Shown: positions 1-11,818, counted from the stretch's first letter. The stretch is 64,000 nt of DNA from Tubiluchus corallicola (GCA_030141605.1 JAQGDQ010000995.1:1-64000), one strand, 5' to 3'. Numbers and translations are program-made. The notes: generated by a model not told the origin, from the sequence alone.

Positions 1-660
1 TCGTCCTGCGTTACTGCAGGGGCACAGCCTTAGGTCGTGTGGGACAGGGGGTTCATGCCAACGTCCTGCGTTACTGCAGGGACACAGCCTTAGGTCGTGT
101 GGGACAGGGGGCCCATGCCAACGTCCTGCATTACTGCAGGGGCACAGCCTTAGGTCGTGTGGTACAGGGGGTCCATGCCAACGTCCTGCGTTACTGCAGG
201 GGCACAGCCTTAGGTCGTGTGGGACAGGGGGTCCATGCCAACGTCCTGCGTTACTGCAGGGGCACAGCCTTAGGTCGTGTGGGACAGGGGGTCCATGCCA
301 ACGTCCTGCGTTACTGCAGGGGCACAGCCTTAGGTCGTGTGGGACAGGGGGTCCATGCCAACGTCCTGCGTTACTGCAGGGGTACAGCCTTAGGTCGTGT
401 GGGACAGGGGGTCCATGCCAACGTCCTGCGTTACTGCAGGGACACAGCCTTAGGTCGTGTGGGACAGGGGGTCCATGCCAACGTCCTGCGTTACTGCAGG
501 GGTACAGCCTTAGGTCGTGTGGGACAGGGGGTCCATGCCAACGTCCTGCGTTACTGCAGGGATACAGCCTTAGGTCGTGTGGGACAGGGGGTCCATGCCA
601 ACGTCCTGCGTTACTGCAGGGGTACAGCCTTAGGTCGCTTGGGACAGGGGGTTCATGCCA
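1..660 (+). repeat. 60-bp GC-rich minisatellite, ~11 near-identical units, truncated by window start
   Basis: Unit ACGTCCTGCGTTACTGCAGGGGCACAGCCTTAGGTCGTGTGGGACAGGGGGTCCATGCCA repeats in exact register with the 60-nt lines; few substitutions. Confidence 0.97.
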
Positions 661-1087
661 TTTGGTTTACATCCATTTAAGGCATCAATGCATTAATTAA
701 CAGATATACTAGAGTCTAAAACAGGCATATAAGGTGCTCCAGCAACAGAAACGCTATTTGCAGGATTTAACAAATTTTCAAACTTATGTTTAAATTGATC
801 CACCGATGGCTCTTTGCTGTCAGCTGAAGTACAAGTACAAGTGAGTATTTTTTTTAATTTTTCAAATACTTATAGAGAAGAACCTTGCAGCTTTTTGCTT
901 TATTGACAGCTCTGTATATATAAATAAATATATTTATGCAAAAATGTCCGTAGCAACTTTCTTCTGCACTTGTATACTTATTTGCCAAATCACTTACTTG
1001 TTGCCACAATATTGAACTTTTTAAAAAGTCCATTCCGCTTGATTGCAGTCTCATCTTTAACTTTTCCATTTGTGCTGTGATCAACAC
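1..1087 (+). repeat. Left arm of inverted duplication (partner 9059-10310)
   Basis: 661-1080 is almost base-for-base the reverse complement of ~9066-9486, e.g. CCATTTGTGCTGTGA at 1066-1080 vs TCACAGCACAAATGG at 9066-9080; the same 60-bp array lies beyond both arms. Confidence 0.95.
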
Positions 1088-2442
1088 AGAACTGACTTCG
1101 AGATCAACAGAGAACTAACTAAGTGATCAACATAAAACAACCACTATTGTCAGCACAGATCAAACTACTAGATCAGCACATAACTAACTGCGAGATCGAC
1201 ACAGAACTAACTAACTGACCAACAAAGAACTGATTAGGTGGTCAACAAAGTTCTAATTACGAGATCAACACATAACTAACTACGAGATCTACACAGAACT
1301 AACAACGAGGTCAACACAGAACTAACTACGAGATCAAGAATGAACTAACTAAGTGATCAACACAGAACTAACTACGAGATCAACACTGAACTAACTACGA
1401 GATCAACACGGAACTAACTACGAGATCAACACTGAGCTAAGTACGAGATCAACACAGAACTAACTACGAGATCAACACTGAGCTAAGTACGAGATCAACA
1501 CTGAGCTAAGTACGAGATCAACACAGAACTAACTGCGAGATCAACACAGAACTAACTACGAGATCAACACTGAGCTAAGAACGAGATCAACGCAGAACTA
1601 ACTACGAGATCAACACAGAACTAACTACAAGATCAACACAGAACTAACTACAAGATCAACACAGAACTAACTACGAGATCAACACAGAACTAACTAAGTG
1701 ATCAACATAAAACAACCACTATTGTCAACACAGATCAAACTACTAGATCAGCACATAACTAACTGCGAGATCGACACAGAACTAACTAACTGACCAACAA
1801 AGAACTGATTAGGTGGTCAACAAAGTTCTAATTACGAGATCAACACATAACTAACTACGAGATCTACACAGGACTAACAACGAGGTCAACACAGAACTAA
1901 CTACGAGATCAAAAATGAACTAACTAAGTGATCAACACAGAACTAACTACGAGATCAACACAGAACTAACTAAGAGATCAACACTGAGCTAAGTACGAGA
2001 TCAACACAGAACTAACTACGAGATCAACACTGAGCTAACTACGAGATCAACACTGAGCTAAGTACGAGTTCAACACAGAACTAACTGCGAGATTAACACT
2101 AAGCTAAGTACGAGATCAACACAGAACTAACTACGAGATCAACACAGAACTAACTACGAGATTAACACAGAACTAACTGCGAGATCAACACAGAACTAAC
2201 TACGAGATCAACACAGAACTAACTACGAGATTAACACAGAACTAACTGCGAGATTAACACTAAGCTAAGTACGAGATCAACACAGAACTAACTACGAGAT
2301 CAACACAGAACTAACTACGAGATCAACACAGAACTAACTATGAGATCAACACTGAACTAATTACGAGATCAACACTGAGCTAAGTTCGAGATCAACACAG
2401 AACTAACTACAAGACCAACACAGAACCATCTACGAGATCAAC
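1079..2442 (+). repeat. 23-bp minisatellite (GAGATCAACACAGAACTAACTAC)n with internal higher-order duplication
   Basis: GAGAT recurs every 23 nt (e.g. 2227, 2250); variant units CTGAGCTAAGTAC; a degenerate block at ~1121 recurs at ~1696. Confidence 0.95.
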
Positions 2443-3303
2443 ATCATTACTTGTGTCAGATGTTTTGCTTAAAGATTTCATAAAGTCTAAGAAATTTGAA
2501 ATGCAAGAGTTAACAAAATCCGTCCCTTAACAATATCATGCTGATTGTCGGTAATCAACCCATTACTGCGATAAAATACTGCCATAAAGCACCCTTAACG
2601 AAGCTCTCTAGTATTTTTCCAACCACTGTTAATGATAGTGGCCTATAATTACTGACTTCATCTTTTACCTGCTATATAAATTGGTGTGACATTTAAACTA
2701 CCATATCTGCACTGAATATTTTAGATCCTTGCACATTAAACAAGATTAGCATTGACCAGGTTCCGCATTTCAACACAGAACAAACTACAATATCAACCTG
2801 GGGGGGGGGAGCAAACTTCTAGTTGAAATTTAAAGAAGTTTTTAGATCAAGTCAGATTATACTTAGGATCAACATAGAACGTTCAGCAAAAATAATATGC
2901 TGAACACAACAGTATAACAGTTTTAACAGTGATATCATGCAACAATTTATCTGTAAATATTAACTTTTCATCTCTTGTAACAATATAGCGTTTATCCCGT
3001 TTCTGGTCTTTCTGCAATTCTTTTGTTATTTTTGAATATCATATAGATAAAAATCAGGATTAATGTAGGACAATCTTTTGCTTTTAGAACATTTTGGGCT
3101 TAAATGCTAGGTGGCTATTTAAACTAAAAGTTTACGATTTCACTGATCAGATTCCTACAATGTGTTTTGCAACCGTCTAGTCGCTTCGTCACGAATGGTG
3201 GATTACTGCAGTTATCTAAGAAATAAAGCAGAGCTGAGATTGAATTTTGTGTTACAGTAGTTAATACAAAACCATCAAAATTTGAAATTGTGAAATTCGT
3301 GTG

Positions 3304-4497
3304 ATGAAGCTCAAGCATTATTTGGTGTTCTTTTTTATTATATATATATTAGCGTTCAACGTGATTGTAAATTATGTCAATGTTCCATTGTTCGATCTCA
3401 AACAAGAAAAAGACTTTGTAACTATTCACGTGGCATTAACGGCATGTGATAATAAGCCACATATCCTGGAACAATTTCAAGTCTTGGTAAAGTCTTCTCT
3501 GTTGGTGACATCTGAGTTCATTCATTTCCACATCTTTGTTGATAATTTCAATACAAAAACTTCAATTGTTCATATTTTGAGTGAGATGTTAAAAATAAAA
3601 TTATTTGCGGTAAGTTTTCACCATCCTTGGTATCCTCCTACTGAGAATTATACTTTGTGGGTGAATCCAGGAAGAAAACGTTGTAACACTGCATGGCTAT
3701 TCTTACCAGACGTTTTACCAAATGTGGAAAAGATTTTAGCATTAGATATGGATACTATAGTTGTGAAACCCTTCGAAATGCTTTGGCGTCATTTTGACTT
3801 CATGTCCAAGTCTCAAATGATGGGCCTAACATTTGACTTTTCTGGACCACATACTGCTCGGATGCGTGCTTATTATAACAACCAAAGTAATAGTGAGCAA
3901 CAAAAATTGGAAACTTTTCTTATGCCACAAAAAGGTTTGAATTCTGGAGTAGCTTTACTGGATCTAAACAAAATGCGAAAGTCAGACTGGAAAACAGAAG
4001 TAATAAAAATTTTTAAAATGACTAGCAAATGTTCACCAAGTGAAAGCCTATTTAAGTACTGCCTGATACCTCAGAACACCTGCAATGTGTATTTTCACAG
4101 AAACCCTGGAAAACTGTATTTACTTTCATGTGATTGGAATTTCTGGTGGGGACATGGATTCAAAAAGTGGGACATAAAGGATATAAAATTGAGACCCAAA
4201 AGTCGACACAAAGTTGTTTCAAAATATTGCAACGCTGCTCGGGTATTTGGTATTGGAATTTTGCATGGAGCTGATGGCAGTTTTTATAAAAATGATAAAG
4301 GATGTAAATGGATATTTTATTATGTGTTTAATCTATATAAATCCGTACGTGTGAACGAAACCAAAATTTCGGTGATCAAAAAACTAATGAAACTTCGCAA
4401 TGAAATGCCTTTTCAGATTGGAGACTCAGCACGAACTTCTACTCAATGCATGTCTGTTGTAGATTTAATTCTCAAATCTCTGATTGGAAATAAATGA
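3304..4497 (+). CDS. Intronless GT8 glycosyltransferase, glucoside xylosyltransferase (GXYLT1/shams)-like, type II membrane
   Basis: N-terminal TM (LVFFFIIYILAFNVIV); GXYLT-like motifs IHVALTAC, FHIFVD, LFLPDVL, DxD (LDMDT), GLNSGVALLDLNKMR, SCDWNF, GILHG. ATG at 3304, open to TGA at 4497. Confidence 0.88.
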   Translation: MKLKHYLVFFFIIYILAFNVIVNYVNVPLFDLKQEKDFVTIHVALTACDNKPHILEQFQVLVKSSLLVTSEFIHFHIFVDNFNTKTSIVHILSEMLKIKLFAVSFHHPWYPPTENYTLWVNPGRKRCNTAWLFLPDVLPNVEKILALDMDTIVVKPFEMLWRHFDFMSKSQMMGLTFDFSGPHTARMRAYYNNQSNSEQQKLETFLMPQKGLNSGVALLDLNKMRKSDWKTEVIKIFKMTSKCSPSESLFKYCLIPQNTCNVYFHRNPGKLYLLSCDWNFWWGHGFKKWDIKDIKLRPKSRHKVVSKYCNAARVFGIGILHGADGSFYKNDKGCKWIFYYVFNLYKSVRVNETKISVIKKLMKLRNEMPFQIGDSARTSTQCMSVVDLILKSLIGNK

Positions 4498-5329
4498 ACA
4501 AAGAATTCGTTTTAACATTTTTTTACTATGAATGAACGGTTAACATAACAGCATAACTACAAAGATGTTCCTGTTCGTTCAGTCTGCCTAATTATTTTTT
4601 CCCATAAACCATGAGTTATTTTACAGGCCATCCTTATCCAGGATACAGTTAGTAAATTATTTTTGCGAAAGTAGGAATTTTAACTCCTCCAGGATTGCGG
4701 CACTCAAAATAGGTCTTATAAGACCTATGACTTTAATACTACAGTAAGAGCACAGACATAACTAAATGATTGCAAATTTCAGATTTATAAAGTTCCAGTT
4801 TTGAGTAGCTATACTACAACTAAAGTTCTGAAGTTACAACTAAGTCGACATGGTACATCACATGGCTCCCAGAATGAGTTCGTTCTCGTCATTTTATAAT
4901 GAACTGAGTATTGGTACATCAGCAAGTATGTGATAATATGGATGTCTTGTCTATAAACTACCATAAATAAAAGCATTATTTATATATTCAGTATTTTTTA
5001 TATATTTTATTGGGTTATTACAGTTACAATTACAATTCTCATAATACACACTGATTACAAAGATATAATTACATACACACATAACGCTATACAATCATAT
5101 ACTAAGAATACAATATTACAAGTCAAATTCAATAATTTAAGCTAAAGACAGAACATCAAACTTTGCTGTGTAAACCCAAAGATACAACATAAATGAACAT
5201 AAACTCAAATTTAATGTAGTTACATACACATAGAGTATTTAATACAGAAAAATGATGTTAGTTACACATATATATAGTTCGTTTTTTTATTGTAATTACA
5301 TCTTAAAACTGAAACAATTTAAAACAAAA

Positions 5330-5697
5330 TTACCAGCAATTTAGAGAATTTCAGAACCGTTTGAGCCTAATAAAAGCAACAAATCTTTAATAGCCATGCA
5401 TTGTGCAAATGTTTGTTCCATTTCTTTGAACAGCAATGACGTTTGATCCGAAAGTTTCTTTTTAATTTTTTTGATCAATGTGTTTAAAATGATGCCTTTT
5501 TAAAAGTATTTCTAAAGGCTTCACAACAATAACGTCCAAATCGATGGCTACAATTTCGTTTACATTTTGTAAAACGTCTGGTAAGAAAAGCCATGCAGTA
5601 TTACAACGCTTCTCTCCTGGATTCAGCCACAATGTATAATTTTCGCTTGGCAGATACCAGGGATGGTGAAAACTCATTGCAAATAATTTTGTTTTTC
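5330..5697 (-). pseudogene. Inverted, internally deleted paralog of the GT8 gene
   Basis: SFHHPWYLPSENYTLWLNPGEKRCNTAWLFLPDVLQNV..IDLDVIVVKP aligns with the 3304 gene, then jumps to C-terminal similarity (AQCMAIKDL vs TQCMSVVDL). The 5' part is replaced by Gypsy RT sequence. Confidence 0.88.
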
Positions 5698-7620
5698 TTA
5701 TTATCGCTGTCTAGGTATGCTATCCTGAATTTGTCAGTTATTCCATCTAATAATTTATTTAACACCCTCCAAAACAGAGATGGACTTGTCAACAGTCCCA
5801 ATGGGCTGCGGGTGAACATATAGGACTCCCTTGGGTCACAAATGTTGTCTTAGGCTAATCATCCTTATGCACTGGAATTTGCACGAACCCTTGCCGCAGG
5901 TCAAGGCAGCTAAAATATTTAGCCCCCTGCAACTTATCAGTAAAGTTCGACAAGGTCCGGCTAGGGTAGGCATCGAACTTGACACACTTGTTCAATTTAC
6001 GATAATCGATGACCAACCTTTTACCGTCGGCCTTCTTTACTGATGAACATGGAGAGGTCCAGGGGCTGTTGGCTGGTACTATAATTTTTACTTGCAGAAG
6101 ATCTCTAATGACCTTGTTCAATTCTTTCTTTAGATTATTGGGGATACGATACGGCCTCGACCTTATAGGTGCATTTGAACCAGTATCTATCCTCATCTTG
6201 GCCAATTTTGTCTCTCCTAATTCTAGATCCGTGTTAGCGAACACCCCTTGCCATTTACCCAACAGTATTTCCATTTTTGCCTTATAGTATGGTGTAACTT
6301 GGTAATTTCTTCTTAAGTTTACCCGCTTTTTCTGACTCTGCTTTGGCACCGATTCAATTAATCTGTTTATATATTTTTGTTCATTACGCTTCGTCATTTT
6401 TGTATTTACACAATAGCCGCCTGTCTCCTCATTTCTCAGGCTCCGGTCGGTGGAGACGCCCCGCCGGTAGCCTAAAGTTTCCCCATGGCTTCCCTGGACC
6501 CATTCTTCCTGGGATGAGAGACCCGGGTCTGCAGCATCCTTTAGCAAAGTGCCCTGGTCGCTGACTTCTAAAGCACGTCAGCTCTAGTAGGCCTCCTAGG
6601 GGTTTGGGCCCACCTGCCCATTCCCCGACGGCCTAAACCGCCCTGTTGTGGCCTGGGCCTAAGTACCGGTCCTCCCCACATGGGTCATACACCAATCCCT
6701 CGTCGTAGACCCTGTCCTGCCTCGGGTGTCTTCTGCCTTAATCCTGGCTCTTCCCGTTCAGGTCTGTGACCGCCCCCTGGGAGTAATAATTGACATAGAG
6801 GGCTTTCATTCCCTTCCTTATCTTCTGCATCTACATAGCCTATTTCCATTGGCGTTTCTGTATGCCCCTGATGTGCTACGTGTCTAATTTCTAACTTTGT
6901 AATTTCTTGGTTATTTTCCTCTTCCCTACAGCGACTGTAGGTCACCTTTAAAGTCGTCGGATTGTGCTTGATTAGCTTAGCACGCAACTGATCATTCCTC
7001 AATGATTCTGTTAACACCTCGGTCAACAACTGCTACGGCAGGCTCTGCGGCGGTTTGTATGCTAGCCGTGCATGGTATCAAATCCGATCAACTAATTGAC
7101 GCTGTGTTTCATTTTTCTTTTGTTGCAGGTTTTTTAATTCTATCATGTGTTTTGTTTTTTTGCTCTGTTTACATACTGCTACTCCAAAAAGGCAATAAAC
7201 TGCACCCAATTCATATTTGACCATAAGTCTCTGTTTGCATCTAAATATTGCGTGCATGCGCATCCGATAGTCATGTAGGCTAGGCTCACACACACGCCAC
7301 CTACATTTTGAGAATCAGGTGATATGCAGAAACCCCGCCCTCTGAATCCACCTACGAAAATTCTCACTACTATCTGCCTCCTGTCCAGTAAATTTTGGGA
7401 GGTCAGCTAAGGCACTACATAATCCCCATTGGTCTGTCATGGCCCCTAACTGCGACGATAGCCAACTGGCCTTCTCAACCATAATGGGAACGGACCCCTC
7501 TGGCTGTCTTGAGGCCCCATCATCTCCACTCGATGATGCCCCTACTGGGTTGCTGACTCTTGGTTCCACCATAAGCGGCCCTGGTTGTTCAATATCTCTC
7601 ACACGTTTCAACTGCCACCA
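5698..7620 (-). mobile_element. Decayed Ty3/Gypsy LTR retrotransposon (gag + N-terminal RT)
   Basis: PBS-like TGGTGGCAG at 7612-7620; gag LPKFTGQ and ETPMEIG; RT IDTG..PIRSRPYRIP, RLVIDYRKLN, YFSCLDLRQGF; ends at IAYLD (YxDD site) at the GT8 paralog junction; frameshifts and stops. Confidence 0.9.
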
Positions 7621-7659
7621 TGGTTTCTGGAATAATTAGCGTTTTCCAAAAGACGTTTT

Positions 7660-7797
7660 CCAAGGACGCTTTTATTTCAGAAAGGTGGGGGTAGTGTGGC
7701 GGGTGTTGTCAGCTATAAACTGTTGCTAAGTGTTTCATTTTACTGTTCTTCTTTCTTTTTTTTATAATTTTCTTTAGTTAATTATGAATCCTCGCTG
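7660..7797 (+). mobile_element. Polypurine tract and start of a 3' LTR of a + strand LTR element
   Basis: GAAAGGTGGGGGTAG immediately followed by TGTGGC (TG at 7695), typical of a Gypsy PPT/LTR junction. Confidence 0.45.
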
Positions 7798-8700
7798 TCA
7801 TAGACATGACACTAAGTAAGCAAATTTGTGCACATATGGAATGTCACGACTATGTACTGTGGCTATGAATTGGTCATAAAATGACATCCACTGGATGTAG
7901 TCATCAGTATCAAGTGACAGTCGGAGTTTAGAAAAATCATGCATGCAGGCGTCCCTATGTAGGTGAAAGCGAAATTTACACATTATCATTAGAGTCAAGA
8001 CAAGAAAGCAAACGTTTTGCCTGGAAAGAGACATTAGAAGCAGTCTCGCTGCATTTTTCGTATTAGCTAGTTTCAGCGGCCACAGCTTCAGGCTCAGTAA
8101 GGGTATTCAGGTACTCTTCAGGTATTCATGAAATGTCGAGCTTCCCCAGCCTTATGTGATGTATAATTTGAGCAAACTCATCTTCCTCAGCCTTCGCTTT
8201 AGGCTTAGAAAATTCAGCGTAAATGTCCTCAGTTCGGTTAGCCATTTGATAAGCTTGGTATGTAAAGCAGTAGCACAGCTTGGAAATCTTTTGGATATTC
8301 AGTCATGATTGTAAGAAATCAGTACAGCATCCGGCTCGAAGGATAAATGTGAAATACGTGAGGGATGACACAACTGCAAGAAATAGTTTTTAACACTGCA
8401 AGTCATTGTTTGTGTGTTTATTACAACAAAGTGTAGTACGTTCACATCATAAAATTCATTAACGGTTACAGTGCACTAAGAAACAGAAATTAAATCAAGA
8501 ATATGTGGATTTAATGAAGATACTCCAGAAAAGCCACAGAAAAAGCTGAACAACAAAATTGCAAAGTCGGTATACATCGGGATTTGTGCGCATAAAATAA
8601 GGAATAAAAACGGAATAAGTGCGTGAAAAAATGAAATCAAACTAAAAGGAAATGGAACAGATAAGCGAATACGTGAAATTGATAAGCTAACTGTGCGACT
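7798..8700 (-). mobile_element. BEL/Pao retrotransposon 5' relic (LTR, tRNA-Tyr-like PBS, gag DUF1759-like)
   Basis: ATCCGGCTCGAAGGA at 8329-8343 matches the eukaryotic tRNA-Tyr 3' end; minus-strand LTR ends in CA near 8349 and contains AATAAA; gag motif QWMSFYDQFIATVHSRDIPYVHKFAYLVSCL. Right boundary approximate. Confidence 0.75.
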
Positions 8701-8854
8701 GTGAGCTACTTTTTTGTATGAAAAGCGTAAACTTACTTCATTCAGAAATTCAGTCAGCAGCTGCAGTGACGAATGCAGCTACAATAGCCATGTGCGAATA
8801 GTATGGTCACAGGAAACGAACAGTAATACTATGTGAATGCACATTTATAGTGCA

Positions 8855-9010
8855 TTAATCCTTGAGATATGGAAAACCAGACAACAGCGTTTCATCAGAT
8901 AGCCAAAAATAGATTCTTGATCATATTCGGTTGTTTGGCATTCACAGCAATCGGAGTTTGGAAGTATCAAACTGTGGTCCATGCTGGCTTCAGCTGTAGA
9001 CTCTCCTTGC
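8855..9010 (+). mobile_element. Possible hAT transposase C-terminal dimerisation-domain relic
   Basis: Frameshifted NP.EIWK..FHQIAKNRFLIIFG..CRLS resembles hAT DPL.WWK..F..IAK.YL.IP..R.RL; weak. Confidence 0.3.
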
Positions 9011-9058
9011 GAGATTCCTACGTACCCGTAGAAGAACCAGTTGCAGACGAGCAGAAAC

Positions 9059-10310
9059 GTGTTGCTCACAGCACAAATGGAAAAGTTAAAGATGAGACTG
9101 CAATCAAGCGGAATGGACTTTTTAAAAAGTTCAATATTGTGGCAACAAGTAAGTGGATTTGGCAAATAAGTATACAAGTGCAGAAGAAAGTTGCTACGGA
9201 CATTTTTGCATAAATATATTTATTTATATATACAGAGCTGTCAATAAAGCAAAAAGCTGCAAGGTTCTTCTCTATAAGTATTTGAAAAATTAAAAAAAAT
9301 ACTCACTTGTACTTGTACTTCAGCTGACAGCAAAGAGCCATCGGTGGATCAATTTAAACATAAGTTTGAAAATTTGTTAAATCCTGCAAATAGCGTTTCT
9401 GTTGCTGGAGCACCTTATATGCCTGTTTTAGACTCTAGTATATCTGTTAATTAATGCATTGATGCCTTAAATGGATGTAAACCAAATGGCATGAACCCCC
9501 TGTCCCAAGCGACCTAAAGCTGTTTCCCTGCAGTAACGCAGCACGATGGCATGAACCCCCTGTCCCAAGCGACCCAAGGCTGTGTCCCTGAAGTAACACA
9601 GCATGATGGCATGGACCCCCTGTCCCACGCGACCTAAGGCTGTGTCCCTGAAGTAACACAGCATGATGGCATGGACCCCCTGTCCCACGCGACCTAAGGC
9701 TGTGTCCCTGAAGTAACACAGCATGATGGCATGGACCCCCTGTCCCACGCGACCTAAGGCTGTGCCCCTGCAGTAACGCAGCATGATGGCATGGACCACC
9801 TGTCCCACGTGACCTAAGGCTGTGTCCCAGCAGTAACGCAGCATGATGGCATGGACCACCTGTCCCAAGCGACCTAAAGCTGTGTCCCTGCAGTAACGCA
9901 GTATGATGACATGGACCCCCTGTCCCACGCGACCTAAGGCTGTGTCCCTGCAGTAATGCAGCATGACATGGATCCCCGGTCCCACGCGACCTAAGGCTGT
10001 GTCCCAGCAGTAACACAGCACAATGGCATGGACCCCCTGTCCCAAGCGACCTATAGCTGTTTCCCTGCAGTAACGCAGCACGGTGGCATGAACCCCCTGT
10101 CCCACACGACTTAAGGCTGTGTCCCTGCAGTAATGCAGCACGATGGCATGAACCCCCTGTCCCAAGCGACCTAAAGCTGTTTCCCTGCAGTAACGCAGTA
10201 TGATGACATGGACCCCCTGTCCGACGCGACCTAAGGCTGTGTCCCTGCAGTAATGCAGCATGGCATGGACCCCCGGTCCCACGCGACCTAAGACTGTGTC
10301 CCTGCAGCAA
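9059..10310 (-). repeat. Right arm of inverted duplication, including a more diverged 60-bp minisatellite array (~9484-10310)
   Basis: Reverse complement of 1-1087; ~14 units with many substitutions and two 3-bp-shorter units. Confidence 0.95.
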
Positions 10311-10927
10311 CGCAGTGCAAGATGAAGAACACGGCGTTACTGTTTGTGAATTAACAAAAGCCGTGAGAGAAAAATGCAATCAAAATTTAAGTAATGCTTT
10401 CAATTTTTGTAATATCAACCCTTTAACCTGCAGAAAATTTCTAAGCGATATTTTAAGTTATTTACGTAAGTGACAGTTAAGTTAACTAAAATGTTATCAC
10501 TAAATTGCTATCTGCTTATTAATATCATTTTGGATGTTATAATGTTAAAATTTTTTACTGCCATTGCTGTGTACTTTGCACTATACTTTAGCAAAATTTG
10601 TTAACTAATATTTGTGTCGTTTGTAACATTGTGTCGTTTGTAACATGGCGCATTACACGTATCGTTAGTGTAACTGTGTACATGTCATTTTGTTGGTGTT
10701 ATGGTTGGCATCCTTCTGTCTCGGGAGGGGGCGCCAAGAGAGTCAGTTATTGATTACATTGATGGAGCTGCAGCGTCGACTGTGGCTGAGCAGTCCGATC
10801 CTTGAACCACAGGAGTGACGCCTCCAGGTCACATGCCTGGGCAAGGAGATCCTGAGTTGCCCAGACAACATGAACAGAGTGAGCATGCTCCTCTGCCTAA
10901 TGTCGAGATACAATGTGGGCATCCCGC

Positions 10928-11047
10928 AAGCCTACAGCACGTGGTATTCCTAGGTAGTCACCCATCCAAGTACTAACCAGGCTCTACGTTGCTTAACTTC
11001 GGCGATCAGACGAGAACCGGTGTTTTTAACGTGATTTGGCCGTAGTT
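10928..11047 (-). rRNA. 5S rRNA: 5S rRNA gene or pseudogene (solitary, 120 nt)
   Basis: Reverse complement reads AACTACGGCCAAATCACGTTAAAAACACCGGTTCTCGTCTGATCGCCGAAGTTAAGCAACG...TAGTACTTGGATGGGTGAC...GCTGTAGGCTT. Box A/C recognisable, several substitutions, no oligo-T terminator. Confidence 0.9.
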
Positions 11048-11818
11048 GGTGGTAATGACAATAAAAATACTACTACTATTGTACGAGTACATAAAAGTCC
11101 CTCATGCCATTTCTCAGCCGAACTCTCGAAATTTAATTCTCTCTCTCTCTCCTGTTTGTTTTCTCTTCTTGTCTTTCGTACAAAAGCTTTACACATCAAC
11201 TTCAAACTACAGAAAATACTAAGAATCGTATTAATTGCGCCCTCTAGATGAGGAGGAGAATAAACTGTAGGGTCCTAAGTTCAAGCCCCTTTCCCGCTAC
11301 CATAATTGCAGCATCTTGTAAATCGAATTGTACAAAATGCAAAAACCTACACAAATATTCACAGCTGAAAAACAATAATTCCTGTGCTGTTATTATAGGG
11401 CGTACAGTTTTACTTAGCTGTAGTAAGAGGATGCTCCGTCCACGTTAATAATACGAAAATGTGTTGCTATTAAGCTTAAGGGCAACTCCTTTTGTAAACT
11501 TAGTTTATCTCTTTTTTTCTTTGCACTATAGATTTATAGTTGCATTGTGAATTTTGACAGCACTCGAATTCCTTACATATGCTTGAAGTCTTTATATTTT
11601 GTTTGCAAAAACTCAGTCTGTAAGACTGAATTACCTGCCTTTGTTATTATTCTCCTTTATCATTTTGCTGGAATGGAAAACAGGCAGAACAAGAAAAAAA
11701 TACAAAATTATAATTCATGTTTTGTTGTTAGTAGTATACCGTGTCAAAATTTGCTTAGCTAAGACGATACTGCGCCCATGTTTGAAGTTGACCTTGTGAC
11801 CTTTTACGTATGTTTCAG

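Noticed and set aside
39-680. 213-aa ORF with 20-aa repeats (and ORFs 9447-10379, 9467-10282)
   Set aside because: Expected by-product of a stop-free 60-bp tandem unit; open in more than one frame and no recognisable domain.
1079-2442. CRISPR-like appearance of short regular repeats
   Set aside because: Units are contiguous with no unique spacers, there are no cas genes, and the context is eukaryotic.
8760-8810. Possible missing 5' part of the inverted GT8 paralog (TI-HMAIVA-like on minus strand)
   Set aside because: Match is too short, needs a frameshift, and no further GT8 similarity flanks it.
10410-10440. piggyBac-like terminus (CAACCCTTTAACC)
   Set aside because: No intact TTAA site and no matching opposite TIR in the window.
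11547-11799. Candidate first (TM) exon of the WSCD gene
   Set aside because: Hydrophobic stretches exist, but I could not find a convincing ATG plus phase-1 donor.
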